A DNA stretch of 50,293 nt from a virus (Duplodnaviria > Caudoviricetes): the IMG/VR virus record IMGVR_UViG_3300028044_000972, positions 1 to 50,293 of that record; one strand, written 5' to 3'. The position numbers and the translations under genes are program-made. How positions within the stretch are numbered: the stretch's first letter is position 1; each line of letters opens with the position of its first letter. Shown here in pieces: positions 9,299 to 18,539 of this stretch. Under the pieces are notes generated by a model that did not search any database, was not told the origin of the DNA, and saw only the letters and a program-made list of their open reading frames with translations.

Positions 9299-11299
9299 TT
9301 AAGCTGCGTGACGTGTTTCGGTTTGCGGGAGGCTGGGGATGGCGGCCTCGACCGAGATGTTGCGGATCTCGGGTCGGTTAGCGTTCGTTAAAATTTCCAG
9401 CTCGCAGTAATGCGCCTTGCGCCGGAGGGGCAACTTTAGGCTGTAGTCGTTGCCGGAGCCCGTGGTGTTTTCCAGCCCGGGCACTAAAGGTTCGGTCTTA
9501 TCAGGGTTGCGCAGGTTGGCCGTCACGGTGATCGACCCGGTGCTGGGCAGCACGGCGTCGGCGAGGGCACGGGTGAAGCGCTTGCTAGACATCGTTCCCA
9601 TGCCGTAGCGACGAGTGACGATCTTGCCCGGGACCGGCTCGGTGAAGTCAACCGTTGCATCCGGCGACTCGTCACCCTCCTCGACCTCGTCCAAAAGCAT
9701 CAGCTTGCCCGCCTGGGAGCTGATCATCACGCGCCGGCGGTTGTTGATGTCTGCGACCAAGAAGTCGTTGACGCCGACTCCGTAGATGTCGCGGGTCTCC
9801 CACGCCTCATTGAGCTGGTTGTAGATGAAGACGCCGTTGTTGCTGCCTGTGCTGGTGGCCAGCGGGGCCGCGAGGAAGTAGCGGTTGTCGAAGTAAAGTG
9901 CCGTGGCGTACTCAAGCAAGTCGGCCCGCAGCCCCTGCAACTGGTCAGCAATGGGATCGCTCAAAGGCTTGGTCTCGCCGCGGAGTTTGAGGTCTAGCTT
10001 GGCGTCCAGCCGGTAGACGCCGGCGTCGGACAGGAAATAGATGAACTGCCCGGCCGTGCAAATCGTCCGGCGGGCCGCGCAGCCGATCTCATCGGTCAAC
10101 AGCTCAAGGCGGGTCACGGCGGTGTCTATGGAAAAGTCGCTGCCGTCCACCGCGGGGTTCTGCGAGATGGCGGCGATCCAGATGCTCTTGCGGCAGAAGA
10201 CCAGGACGTTGTTGTCCACCCAAGGATGCACCGCCACGATCCGGTCGTTGCCGCCTACACCCACGCGGAAGGACTGCCAGAACAAATCGTAAACATCGGG
10301 ATCAAGCACGTCGCTCAGCATGACGTTCTGTTTGCCATCGGGGATGACGAGGCGGTTGTTGATATAGCTGCCCCAGGGCGCCGAGCGCAGGCGCCGGAAG
10401 GTCACGCCAACGTCTGGGACGCCGCCCTCTGCGCGGACAAAGCCGGTCGCGGGGTCGCCGGTCCAGTAAAGCGGTGCCTTGACCCGGCGGACCTTGATGT
10501 TGGCCGAGACGTCTGAGGGTGTGCCGGTCGGCACGGTGATGGTGAAGTCGTCGGCGTTTAGGCTGGCGGCCTCCACTTGAAACTCATGCCCATCGAAGGC
10601 CGCGCTGCTGCTGCCCTCGATGCGGACGCGGGCGCCGGCGGGGTAGTTGTGGCCGGTCACAAAGACTGTGGCGACCGTGCCGAAAACCGAGACGCCGCTC
10701 GCCGCGGTGTACTTCTGCTCGTAGCCGGTCTGCGAGGTGTCGGCCTCCCGAAAGAGGTACATACGGTCGAACGCCTGCACCATCGACACGTTGTCCGAGG
10801 GGTGGACGCTTTCACCGGCGGGGTAAATGAGCGAGGACGGCAGCCGGGCGATGACCAGCTCTTCGCCGCCGCCGAGGTCAAGGTTGTCTGTGGCATCGAT
10901 GGCCAAGACGCCGCTGGCCCAGGCCGCGGAAAACTGCAGGCTGCCGTCCGTCAGGTAAACGAAAGCACGGTCGGATGCCGCTAGTAGCGTGACCTCCATG
11001 CTGTTGGCCTCGTCCGGCGAGCGCATCACGGCCGCCGCGAAAATGCCGCCGTCGTAGCTGGTGCGCACGATGGGGCCGGGATCAGTCAGAACAAAGGGGA
11101 CAGTCAGCGGCACCTGGCCTGGGGAAATGTCGTCGGCCAGCCGCTTGAGGCCACGCCGCGTCACGGCTACGCCACGGTCCAGCCGCATGTTCTCCGAGAG
11201 CTGGAGCATGCCGGCGGGCAAGGTGACAGGGTTCATCCGGCTGGAGTAGCCGATGAATCCCATGTCGCCGTCGCGCTGAACTGGACTTTCTAATGCCAT
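9299..11299 (-). CDS. Tail hub / DNA-stabilisation protein A (P22 gp10 / T7 gp12-like)
   Basis: EIGCAARRTI...FIYFLSDAGVY...KPLSDPI motifs; homologous to 47645..50014. Confidence 0.75.
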   Translation of the reverse strand: MALESPVQRDGDMGFIGYSSRMNPVTLPAGMLQLSENMRLDRGVAVTRRGLKRLADDISPGQVPLTVPFVLTDPGPIVRTSYDGGIFAAAVMRSPDEANSMEVTLLAASDRAFVYLTDGSLQFSAAWASGVLAIDATDNLDLGGGEELVIARLPSSLIYPAGESVHPSDNVSMVQAFDRMYLFREADTSQTGYEQKYTAASGVSVFGTVATVFVTGHNYPAGARVRIEGSSSAAFDGHEFQVEAASLNADDFTITVPTGTPSDVSANIKVRRVKAPLYWTGDPATGFVRAEGGVPDVGVTFRRLRSAPWGSYINNRLVIPDGKQNVMLSDVLDPDVYDLFWQSFRVGVGGNDRIVAVHPWVDNNVLVFCRKSIWIAAISQNPAVDGSDFSIDTAVTRLELLTDEIGCAARRTICTAGQFIYFLSDAGVYRLDAKLDLKLRGETKPLSDPIADQLQGLRADLLEYATALYFDNRYFLAAPLATSTGSNNGVFIYNQLNEAWETRDIYGVGVNDFLVADINNRRRVMISSQAGKLMLLDEVEEGDESPDATVDFTEPVPGKIVTRRYGMGTMSSKRFTRALADAVLPSTGSITVTANLRNPDKTEPLVPGLENTTGSGNDYSLKLPLRRKAHYCELEILTNANRPEIRNISVEAAIPSLPQTETRHAA

Positions 11300-11652
11300 T
11301 AAGTGGCGATGAGGCCGAGGGTGCGCAGGCGCCCGAGCAGGTCATTCAGCCGGGCCTGCGTGCTGGCGGCGTCCGTGGCGTCGGCCACGGCGGCGGGCTG
11401 GACGACCGGCGTGGCGTTGTAGAAGCCGAGCTTTTGTGTCGTCGCCGTGCCGACCTTTGTTCCGGTCGTTGTTCCAAGCACTAGGTTGACACCGTCGAAC
11501 ACGGTCTTGTTGCCCGAGAGATTGAGCGCGGCCGATGCCAAGTTGCTGACCGAGATTTTCTTGGTCACACCGCCATCGGAAATGACCAGAAGGTCGGCTG
11601 CCTCCGGTGTGGCGGCGAGTTCGGCGGTGATCTGTGCGATTGTCTTGGCCAT
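11299..11652 (-). CDS. Small virion appendage protein (module A only)
   Basis: KLGFYNATPVVQP...LRTLGLIA ending resembles small head/tail fibres; TAATG stop/start coupling to the next gene. Confidence 0.5.
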   Translation of the reverse strand: MAKTIAQITAELAATPEAADLLVISDGGVTKKISVSNLASAALNLSGNKTVFDGVNLVLGTTTGTKVGTATTQKLGFYNATPVVQPAAVADATDAASTQARLNDLLGRLRTLGLIAT

Positions 11653-11656
11653 ATAA

Positions 11657-12244
11657 TTAGTTCAGTGCTGCTTTAAGTTTGCTGCGAAATAGTTCCGCAT
11701 CCCCCGGCGAGATGTCGGTCTTCCGGGTCGGGCTGACCTGCTGGTGGGTCACAACCATGTTCATCGGGATGCCCCACTTGCGCATGCGCGGAGCCAGCCA
11801 TTCGATGGCGCTGGCCATGGCGTCATCGCCGAGCGGGTAGTCATAAGTGTTGCCCTCCCAAGCGAGCCCGAGGCTCCATGAGTTAAGGTCTTGCCGGCCG
11901 AACCAGTTGCTCTTTCCGGCGTGCCAGGCGCGGTCGGCGTCTTGGCAGAACACCGTGCGGCGGCCGTCGCGGGCGATGAGGACGTGGTAGGACACCTTAG
12001 ATGCCGGGCTGGCGATCCACTCGCAGCCTCCCCGGTAGCTGCCGTCGCTGTGGTGCAGGACTACTGCCTCCGGCTTGATCGCCTGGTTGCCCTTGTTCGG
12101 CGTGAAGACTTTCCGCTCGTCGAAGCTCGTCAGCGGCGGCGCGACGGTGAAGCTCGTTGTGGATGCGGATGCAGAGTTCGGCGAGGCCGGCGCTGGGGTA
12201 ACGCCGGACTTGCTGCCAAATAGTCTCTTGATCCACGTCCACAT
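11657..12244 (-). CDS. Endolysin, N-acetylmuramoyl-L-alanine amidase (Amidase_2)
   Basis: VVLHHS, SYHVLI, AWHAG and VTHQQVSPTRKTD motifs. Confidence 0.9.
   Translation of the reverse strand: MWTWIKRLFGSKSGVTPAPASPNSASASTTSFTVAPPLTSFDERKVFTPNKGNQAIKPEAVVLHHSDGSYRGGCEWIASPASKVSYHVLIARDGRRTVFCQDADRAWHAGKSNWFGRQDLNSWSLGLAWEGNTYDYPLGDDAMASAIEWLAPRMRKWGIPMNMVVTHQQVSPTRKTDISPGDAELFRSKLKAALN
11829..11936. repeat. 108-nt exact direct repeat, copy 1 (copy 2 is 50186..50293, the window end)
   Basis: Base-by-base comparison; the adjoining ~170 nt are homologous but diverged. Confidence 0.95.
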
Positions 12245-12247
12245 TGC

Positions 12248-12388
12248 TTACTTTTTGTAACCTTTGTTCGGGTCAACCGTTACCGTGGCCTGCTGCTTGA
12301 GGAAGTCGTAGCCGACCGTCACGCAGCCGGGGAGCAGCAGGTAGGCCGCGAAGACCAAAGCGGCGGCGATGAACTTAGCCGCGAGCAT
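12248..12388 (-). CDS. 46-aa lipoprotein in the lysis cassette (spanin-like candidate)
   Basis: Hand-translated MLAAKFIAAALVFAAYLLLPGCVTVGYDFLKQQATVTVDPNKGYKK; lipobox LPGC. Confidence 0.6.
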   Translation of the reverse strand: MLAAKFIAAALVFAAYLLLPGCVTVGYDFLKQQATVTVDPNKGYKK

Positions 12389-12548
12389 TGTTGTCCTTGG
12401 CCATGACCAAGCCCCAGGCGGCGGCGAGCGAGGCGGCGATCAGGCCGATGTCGGGCAGCGAGCCGGTGGAGAGAAATTCTTTGGCGCCGGTGGCCAATGC
12501 GATGAGCCCCGTGAGGACGCCGAGTGTAGTAGTTTTCCAGTTGTTCAT
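12375..12548 (-). CDS. Holin-like protein with two predicted TM segments
   Basis: MNNWKTTTLGVL...GLVMAKD; lies upstream of the endolysin. Confidence 0.65.
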   Translation of the reverse strand: MNNWKTTTLGVLTGLIALATGAKEFLSTGSLPDIGLIAASLAAAWGLVMAKDNNARG

Positions 12549-12552
12549 AATG

Positions 12553-12759
12553 TTATTTGTTCTCCTTCTGTTTTTTCCGCAGGTCATGGTAGACCGAAAG
12601 TAATGTGATCACGCCGACAGCGAGGCCGACGCATAGCCCGGCAACGCGTAAGTATAGTTCGACATGGGCGACCATAGAAACCGCCGCCGAGCCGAGGCTG
12701 GCAAACGTGCCGAGGGCGCCGCGCTCGACGGTCGTTAAATGTTGGTGCCAGTAGTTCAT
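12553..12759 (-). CDS. Small membrane protein (holin/antiholin candidate)
   Basis: MNYWHQH... with two hydrophobic segments and a basic C-terminus. Confidence 0.55.
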   Translation of the reverse strand: MNYWHQHLTTVERGALGTFASLGSAAVSMVAHVELYLRVAGLCVGLAVGVITLLSVYHDLRKKQKENK

Positions 12760-13142
12760 GGCATTGCGTCTATTGCGGTCCATGCCGCCAAGAGGCCGTC
12801 CCGCAGTTCGGTGGGCAGGCTCTCGCTGGAATAAACCACGGAGCGCGACCCGGCGGCGGCGTGCGCGGTCACGGCGGCGGAGAGTTTGGGGCGGCTTGAA
12901 GTCACAGATTGTGATTCGTTGCCGTCGGCGTCCACCTGCGTCTCGTAATCCGAGTGCGTGCCGTCTGGTTCCAAAAACACTTGGCCGACTGACTCGCCTT
13001 CGGTGAGTTGCGATTGCAGCCATGACAGAAGGGTCTGCGCGGTGAGGGCCAGTTCGCCGTCAAGCGGGATGGCGGTGGTGGTGGCGTAGTCGCCGCTTTT
13101 GCTGTAGCGGGTTAGCTGGTTGTTGGAGAGTAGGAGTTTCAT
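12756..13142 (-). CDS. Hypothetical protein, possible fibre chaperone
   Basis: 128-aa ORF with ATGA overlaps on both sides. Confidence 0.5.
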   Translation of the reverse strand: MKLLLSNNQLTRYSKSGDYATTTAIPLDGELALTAQTLLSWLQSQLTEGESVGQVFLEPDGTHSDYETQVDADGNESQSVTSSRPKLSAAVTAHAAAGSRSVVYSSESLPTELRDGLLAAWTAIDAMP

Positions 13143-14302
13143 GGGGCAAAAAACACGGCATTATTTAGTCCGACAATTTCAAAACTTCCGCCAGTGTTGG
13201 TGGAGAGGCCGACTAGTCCAAACGTAAAGCAGGTTTGGTTTGTCGAAGCAACCATAGGGCCGTTGCTATATGTGACAGTGGCGTTTGTTGGTTTCTGTAA
13301 GGCCGCGCTAGTTGCGGAATTTCTTTCGGCATAATAAATGTCGCCCGTCCCGTTGGTTTTGTGGTCAATCCACAAACCGAAGCCTAATGGCGATGCCGAA
13401 GTGGTAATTGTGGCGGCGTTGGTTGTGACTACATTTGCCTTGGAAACTAGAACTTCAGCGTTGGTGGCATCAACCCAGTTAAGAGCAACCCAATGGCCAT
13501 TGGTGGGCAGATCGTTGTCGCCTGCGCCAGCGCCAAAAACCAAAAAAGCGCGCGCAACGTTGTTGGTTACTTGGTTCTTGGCGCCCATAACAGCTAAACT
13601 CATTGGGCGAGACCAATCTATACCAAAGGTTCCCTCCGTTCCGTTCCACGGCCCTTGCCTGTTGACTCTGACCGAGGCAAAGCTGTTGGTGCTTCCATTT
13701 ACAATCCTCACATTGATTCGACCTTCGGTAATGGGGCCAGCGTGGACAGCGGTTCCGGGGCCGCTTATATGCGAGGCCATAGCGTATGCCAAATCTCTAA
13801 ACCGATTCGGCGCGTGCATAATGTAGTCAACCATGCGCGTGTCGGTTAAATCCCGCGTCATCAAACTGTCCGCACTGATCGCCGTCTGATGCGGTGCGAT
13901 GTTGCCCACGCCGTTTAGGGTGGCGTTGCCGTTTATGGTGACGTTGGTGGCGAAGGTGGCGGCGTTACTGACTCCGAGGGTTCCGGTGGCCGTGATGTTG
14001 CCGAATGTGACGGCGTTGGTTGTGCCGAGGCCGAGGTTGGTGCGGGTGGTGGCGGCGGCATTGCCAGAAAACAGAATACTTCCCTCATCCACAAAAACCG
14101 TGCCAGCATCCACTTGGACAAACTGAACGTGATTCCACTCCCCAAGGCCGATCGCCGTAGCAGCCGCCGCAGCATTGGTCGCCGTGAGCACCGCACGCCC
14201 GGTCGCCGTGGCGTCCGTGATATTGACCGAGGTCGGCGGGTTGTCGATCTGGCCGTAGGCGGTGCCGGCGGCCAGCAGTAGGATGGTGAGCAGGCGGTTC
14301 AT
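13139..14302 (-). CDS. Fibre-like protein with an N-terminal signal peptide, Thr-Asn rich (387 aa)
   Basis: MNRLLTILLLAAGTAYG|Q; AAAAATAIGLG and ATTRTNLGLG fibre repeats; lower-GC beta-rich C-terminus. Confidence 0.6.
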   Translation of the reverse strand: MNRLLTILLLAAGTAYGQIDNPPTSVNITDATATGRAVLTATNAAAAATAIGLGEWNHVQFVQVDAGTVFVDEGSILFSGNAAATTRTNLGLGTTNAVTFGNITATGTLGVSNAATFATNVTINGNATLNGVGNIAPHQTAISADSLMTRDLTDTRMVDYIMHAPNRFRDLAYAMASHISGPGTAVHAGPITEGRINVRIVNGSTNSFASVRVNRQGPWNGTEGTFGIDWSRPMSLAVMGAKNQVTNNVARAFLVFGAGAGDNDLPTNGHWVALNWVDATNAEVLVSKANVVTTNAATITTSASPLGFGLWIDHKTNGTGDIYYAERNSATSAALQKPTNATVTYSNGPMVASTNQTCFTFGLVGLSTNTGGSFEIVGLNNAVFFAP

Positions 14303-14304
14303 CT

Positions 14305-14622
14305 TTAGATTCCTTCTTTGGCGACGAACTTTTTGGATGTGCTGCTGCAACGGACAAAAAGCTCCTGCGATGGCACCCAAGCAGCATTGAACGTCACGGA
14401 GCCACCGGGTTGCACCTGAATGCCTTCGTCGTCCGAGGCGGTTTGTCCAAAGTCGATGCGCATCAGCGTGTCGGAAATGTTCTGGAACACTAAGTAAGTC
14501 CGGCTTGCGTTAGCGGGCATAACTGATTGCGTGCCAGCGGCTGCCGTGGTGACGGCCGTGCTGCTGCTGTAGTCAATGACATTGCCGGTGGATGGTTTAG
14601 TTTTTACGTTAGGGAAGCCCAT
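14305..14622 (-). CDS. Small virion-cluster protein
   Basis: 105-aa beta-rich ORF tightly packed among structural genes. Confidence 0.55.
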   Translation of the reverse strand: MGFPNVKTKPSTGNVIDYSSSTAVTTAAAGTQSVMPANASRTYLVFQNISDTLMRIDFGQTASDDEGIQVQPGGSVTFNAAWVPSQELFVRCSSTSKKFVAKEGI

Positions 14623-14638
14623 AGGTTTTAGTAGTTGG

Positions 14639-15259
14639 TTAGTATTGCGAGACCTGCGCGGTCCATCGGCGGGTTTGCTTTTGCTGGTAGGTGAATTTCT
14701 CGGTCTCCTTGACGATGCTCAGTTCGGCCCGGCCATACATGACCTGCGCTTTGTCGAGCTGACCGTCCTCGGTCAAAAGGTCGCCGGTGAGGGAGAATTT
14801 GAGGTAGTCGGCCAAAATCTGCGGGACCGTCTGCGCGAGGGCCGTGGCGAGCACGGTCGATATGACCGTGGGCGGCAGCCGGAATTTGACGTAAATGGTG
14901 TCGGGGCAGTCGCTGGGCAACCGGATCTTATCGAGGTCGAGACTGAACGCGATTTCTCTCGGGGCTGCGTGTGTATGCGGATTGTCTTGAAACACGCTAA
15001 ACACGTCGCCGATCTCAGTCTCGCTGGCTTGCGCGAGGTCGATATAAATGTCCTCGTCCACTCCGGTCTGGGTGGTCCGCTCTTCGGTGCGCGTGAGGTC
15101 GGGCCAATCGTAAAACTCCCACGCATCCCGAAGGTGGCTGGCAAGGTTATCCACCATGATCGTCTTGGTGGTCGTGGGCAGATTGTCGATGCTGCTGCCA
15201 TCCAAGCCAGCGCGGCTGGCGGCGTTGGTCACGATGCTGGAGACGGTCACGGTTTTCAT
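14639..15259 (-). CDS. Head-tail adaptor (tail tubular protein A-like)
   Basis: MKTVTVSSIVTNAASRAGL...AWEFYDWP; helical, ~206 aa, downstream of the portal gene. Confidence 0.55.
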   Translation of the reverse strand: MKTVTVSSIVTNAASRAGLDGSSIDNLPTTTKTIMVDNLASHLRDAWEFYDWPDLTRTEERTTQTGVDEDIYIDLAQASETEIGDVFSVFQDNPHTHAAPREIAFSLDLDKIRLPSDCPDTIYVKFRLPPTVISTVLATALAQTVPQILADYLKFSLTGDLLTEDGQLDKAQVMYGRAELSIVKETEKFTYQQKQTRRWTAQVSQY

Positions 15260-15537
15260 TGCGCGGCCTCCTTGATCACGATGATCTGCGCGGCCTTCCC
15301 GGCGAAGGTGTAGTCGCTGTCGCGGTTGACGTTGCCAGCAGCCGACCGGACGTAGACTCCGGGCGAATGCCGGTTGTAGAGCGGGATGCCGGAACCAGCC
15401 AGAACACGCCAAGCCGAGCCAACCGGCGCCGAGGAATCCAGCGGCAGGTCAGCGTAGGTGCCCACCTCGCGGGCCAGCGGCGCGGCGGCCGATGGTGCGC
15501 TGGGAGCAAAGCCTCCGGTTAGAGCGTTGTAGGTCAT
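15256..15537 (-). CDS. Hypothetical structural-cluster protein
   Basis: Coupled ORF, 93 aa. Confidence 0.5.
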   Translation of the reverse strand: MTYNALTGGFAPSAPSAAAPLAREVGTYADLPLDSSAPVGSAWRVLAGSGIPLYNRHSPGVYVRSAAGNVNRDSDYTFAGKAAQIIVIKEAAQ

Positions 15538-15755
15538 TAGCTGCGGGTCACCGTGGCCAGGGGTGTGTTGTCCACGGTCGGCGGTTGGGTGGTGTAGGTG
15601 AAGGTGACGGTGGCGACGACAGTGCCGGTGGCGCCGCCCTCGCGGTAGGTCACGGTCTGGGCGTTGTTCGTCGCGCCGTGGTAGGTAAAGGCGATGTAGT
15701 CGTGCTGCGGGATGTTGAGCCCGGCCACGTTGCGGATTTTGACGTTCGGGGTCAT
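15537..15755 (-). CDS. Hypothetical structural-cluster protein
   Basis: Coupled ORF, 72 aa, beta-rich. Confidence 0.55.
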   Translation of the reverse strand: MTPNVKIRNVAGLNIPQHDYIAFTYHGATNNAQTVTYREGGATGTVVATVTFTYTTQPPTVDNTPLATVTRS

Positions 15756-15762
15756 GGGAAAG

Positions 15763-17895
15763 TTAGGCGGCGGCCGCGGTGGGCTCCGCGGTCTGCATCA
15801 TCTGGCCTTGGAGGGCGGGAACGGCGCCGACCCGGCCGATCTGGGCGTTTTGGGTTTGCTGCACTTGGAAGGCGAAGGCTTTCAACCGGGCTTCGATCAT
15901 GGAGCGGAAGATTTCGTCTTGCTGGAATCGCTGACTCACGGCGGGATTGGCCTGGACAATGCCCTGGAGAACCTGCGTGCGGAGCTGGGCGTTCATGCCT
16001 TCGGTCGGGAGCGGCGGCTCGGTGCCGGCCGCGATCTTCGTGTAGGCGAGCTGCTCGTCTTCGGCTTCGGCCGCGGTGGCCACTTCCTGGGGGCGCACGA
16101 TCTTCTGGGCCAGGGACGGATCGATGGCGTTCATCACGAATTGGACGAGGCCGGCGCGGTCAATCGTGCCGGCCACGTCGAGGGGAACAGCCAGGCGGGT
16201 GATCGCGTCGAGGCGCTTGGCCAGCAACTCCACGTCGAGGTCGCGCACGTCGTATTCGGCGACCAGGTCGAAGCGGCCCTGGATGCCTTCGCGGGTCAGT
16301 TGGAACGGGGCGGGCATGGCGCCGGCCACGCGGAAGAATTCGATGTCGGTGATATATTGCTGCATCAAGGCAAAGGCCTGGGCGACCATGGCTTTGCAGC
16401 TGCGGAGCCAGCGGTCGACCTGAGTTTGCTGCTGCAGCATGGTAAGAGGCTGCGGGACGCTTTGGGCAAAGCGGCCGAAGTATTGGTCGACGTCGGCCCG
16501 GGTGCTGGCCTCGATCTCGATCGTTCCCTGGTCAAAGCGGGGTGGCTCCATCCAGCCGAATTCATTCGGCCGGCGCTCGGGGATCTGGGCGCCAGGGCCA
16601 AAGACGAGGTTGATCTTGCCGCGGTTGCTGGGCACGCGGATCGGGGGAAGGACGGCGATGCTGGCGCGGTCGGAGCGGAAGTCGCGCTGGGTCTTGATCT
16701 CGAGCTGCTGGGATTCGACCAGCTCGGGGACGCCGCGGCTTTCGAGGATGTTGCGGCTGACCCGCTCGCGGCAGAATTCGACAAAGGGGTATTGCTGGTG
16801 ATGATACGGGAGGAGCTCGGAGAGGCCGGTCACGTTCGAGACGCTCTCGTGCAGCACGCTGTAGGTGATCCGGGTGGTCTGGTCTTTGTTGTGCTGCTTC
16901 TCGTAATAATGCCAGAGCTCGATCATCTCGCGCTCGGTATCAAGGTTGATCAGCTCTTGCCTGTAGTAATTGCGGATCGGCCGGCGGTAGGCGCCTTTGT
17001 GCTTGAGTGCGGACTCGACGAATTCCTCGTCGTAGCCGGCCGTGACGATGCGTTCGCGCAGCTCGGTCTCGCTCACCACTTCGCGCCAGGCAACGAAGCG
17101 GGCGCGTTGCAAGTCGCCGGTTTGGGCGGGGAAATAAATATCCTCCCAGGGCTCGAGGGCGACAAACTCCGGACGGTTCTCGAAGATATAGGGGTTGTCG
17201 TATTCGGCGCCGCCGGTGTTGCGCAGGTCGCGGATCACGCTCACCTTGGCCGCGGCCGGGCTGACCAGATCCTTGAGCATGCGCACGGCGTCCGCTTCCT
17301 GCAGCGGATCGAGGATGCTCTCCAGGAGGATCTGGATCATGGGGTCGCCGGTCTCGGCGAGCATGGCTTGAAATTCGTCCAGGGTGATCGTCTTGCGCTC
17401 GGTCCGGGTGGTCCGGCGCCAGTTGATCGCCATGATGCCGAGCCCATACATCTCCTGGTATTGGGCCACGAGTTCCACTTCCCTCCTCAGATCATCGGCG
17501 GCGTGCTGAAAGAGCATCCAACGAAGGGCGGTCTCCGCGGCCACCTTCGAGGCGGCGTCGCCGGATTCGATCGGCTGGAGTTGCAACTTGCTCCGGAAGA
17601 ACGCATTAGAAAGCAAGCTAACATTCTCATTTACGATCTGATCAGCCAATCTCACACGGGCGTCCGATGCGTTTTCCCATGGAAATGCTTGTCGCCCAAT
17701 GGCTTGCGACTTCTTGCGACCGCTCGGGTCTTGTCCGTTCCAAAGGGCGTGCCGGGTCTCGTAATTCCTCTGCTTCTTGTCCAGGTAGCCGCCGACGTCG
17801 GACTCAGCTTCTTGGATGTTGAGCAGGTAGCCGCGGATCGTCTCGACGTCGGGGGCGCCGAGGACGGCCGAGGTGTCGTAGCCGGCCGCCATCAT
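15763..17895 (-). CDS. Portal protein (P22-like)
   Basis: 710 aa; FPWENASD...YPFVEF...SRGVPELVESQQ; Q-rich C-terminus. Confidence 0.85.
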   Translation of the reverse strand: MMAAGYDTSAVLGAPDVETIRGYLLNIQEAESDVGGYLDKKQRNYETRHALWNGQDPSGRKKSQAIGRQAFPWENASDARVRLADQIVNENVSLLSNAFFRSKLQLQPIESGDAASKVAAETALRWMLFQHAADDLRREVELVAQYQEMYGLGIMAINWRRTTRTERKTITLDEFQAMLAETGDPMIQILLESILDPLQEADAVRMLKDLVSPAAAKVSVIRDLRNTGGAEYDNPYIFENRPEFVALEPWEDIYFPAQTGDLQRARFVAWREVVSETELRERIVTAGYDEEFVESALKHKGAYRRPIRNYYRQELINLDTEREMIELWHYYEKQHNKDQTTRITYSVLHESVSNVTGLSELLPYHHQQYPFVEFCRERVSRNILESRGVPELVESQQLEIKTQRDFRSDRASIAVLPPIRVPSNRGKINLVFGPGAQIPERRPNEFGWMEPPRFDQGTIEIEASTRADVDQYFGRFAQSVPQPLTMLQQQTQVDRWLRSCKAMVAQAFALMQQYITDIEFFRVAGAMPAPFQLTREGIQGRFDLVAEYDVRDLDVELLAKRLDAITRLAVPLDVAGTIDRAGLVQFVMNAIDPSLAQKIVRPQEVATAAEAEDEQLAYTKIAAGTEPPLPTEGMNAQLRTQVLQGIVQANPAVSQRFQQDEIFRSMIEARLKAFAFQVQQTQNAQIGRVGAVPALQGQMMQTAEPTAAAA

Positions 17896-18344
17896 GCGGC
17901 CTCCGGCCGCAGGCTTGCGGAGTTTTCAGTTTTCAGTGTTTGGTCAGTTTTCAGTTCTGAACCACTGAACACTGAATCACTGGACACTGTGTCGGGGCAG
18001 ATGCCGGTGTTTTCACTGGGGTTGCAGTCGAGGCCGGCAAAACTGACCCGAGTTTTGCTGGACTTGGATTCGACCCGACACTCCGGATTGTCGCGGAGGA
18101 GAGATTTCCACCAGTCCTTTTGCCGGGTGATGCCGGGGTGGCGGCGTTCCCAGTCGATGAAGCTGAAGGCGTCGATACTGGCGACGTGCTGCCCTACCCC
18201 TTCGATGTGGGCGTGCTCGAGGCGGGCGTTGGCCGCGGCGATGCGGAGCTGGCGGGCCTTGGCGTTGACCGCCTGGGCATACCAGCCGCGGCAGAGTTCC
18301 TCTTTGACCAGGAAGCCGAGTTCACCGTCGAGAGAGTCGAGCAT
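17892..18344 (-). CDS. Hypothetical protein with a repeat-derived C-terminal extension
   Basis: LLRDNPECRV core, then sequence encoded by heptamer repeats; ATGA overlap with the portal gene. Confidence 0.55.
   Translation of the reverse strand: MLDSLDGELGFLVKEELCRGWYAQAVNAKARQLRIAAANARLEHAHIEGVGQHVASIDAFSFIDWERRHPGITRQKDWWKSLLRDNPECRVESKSSKTRVSFAGLDCNPSENTGICPDTVSSDSVFSGSELKTDQTLKTENSASLRPEAA
17922..17990. repeat. Palindromic array of ~7-bp units (TTTTCAG/TTCAGTG left arm, CACTGAA right arm)
   Basis: gttttcagttttcagtgtt...cactgaacactgaatcactggacactg. Confidence 0.8.
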
Positions 18345-18350
18345 TGGAAG

Positions 18351-18386
18351 AGAGACTAAGAGACTAAGAGACTAAAAGACTAAGAG
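18351..18386. repeat. Tandem 8-mer AGAGACTA x4.5
   Basis: Read directly; one unit is AAAGACTA. Confidence 0.9.
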
Positions 18387-18399
18387 CCGAGGGGCGGAC

Positions 18400-18427
18400 G
18401 CGGCGGGCCCGGAGGTCCCGCCCTACC
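18400..18427 (-). repeat. GTAG-type REP-like hairpin
   Basis: Minus strand reads GGTAGGGCGGGACCTCCGGGCCCGCCG. Confidence 0.55.
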
Positions 18428-18444
18428 TTGGTTGTTTGAAGTTT

Positions 18445-18531
18445 CACGCTGTTGCGCCCCTGGGATCTTTCCTAAATCCCACCATGAGTTGCTGCCGAGT
18501 TGGCGACATGCCCAGGGGCGCAAAGTGCGTG
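18445..18531 (-). other. Long stem-loop immediately downstream of the capsid operon
   Basis: TTGCGCCCCTGGG (18452-18464) is the perfect complement of CCCAGGGGCGCAA (18511-18523). Confidence 0.6.
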
Positions 18532-18539
18532 CTACTTCA

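Noticed and set aside
15712-18375. Long plus-strand ORFs (887 aa here; also 905..2029, 24010..25257, 28003..29448, 37611..41063, 41754..43505)
   Set aside because: These are antisense shadows of high-GC genes with strong codon bias and no recognisable motifs.
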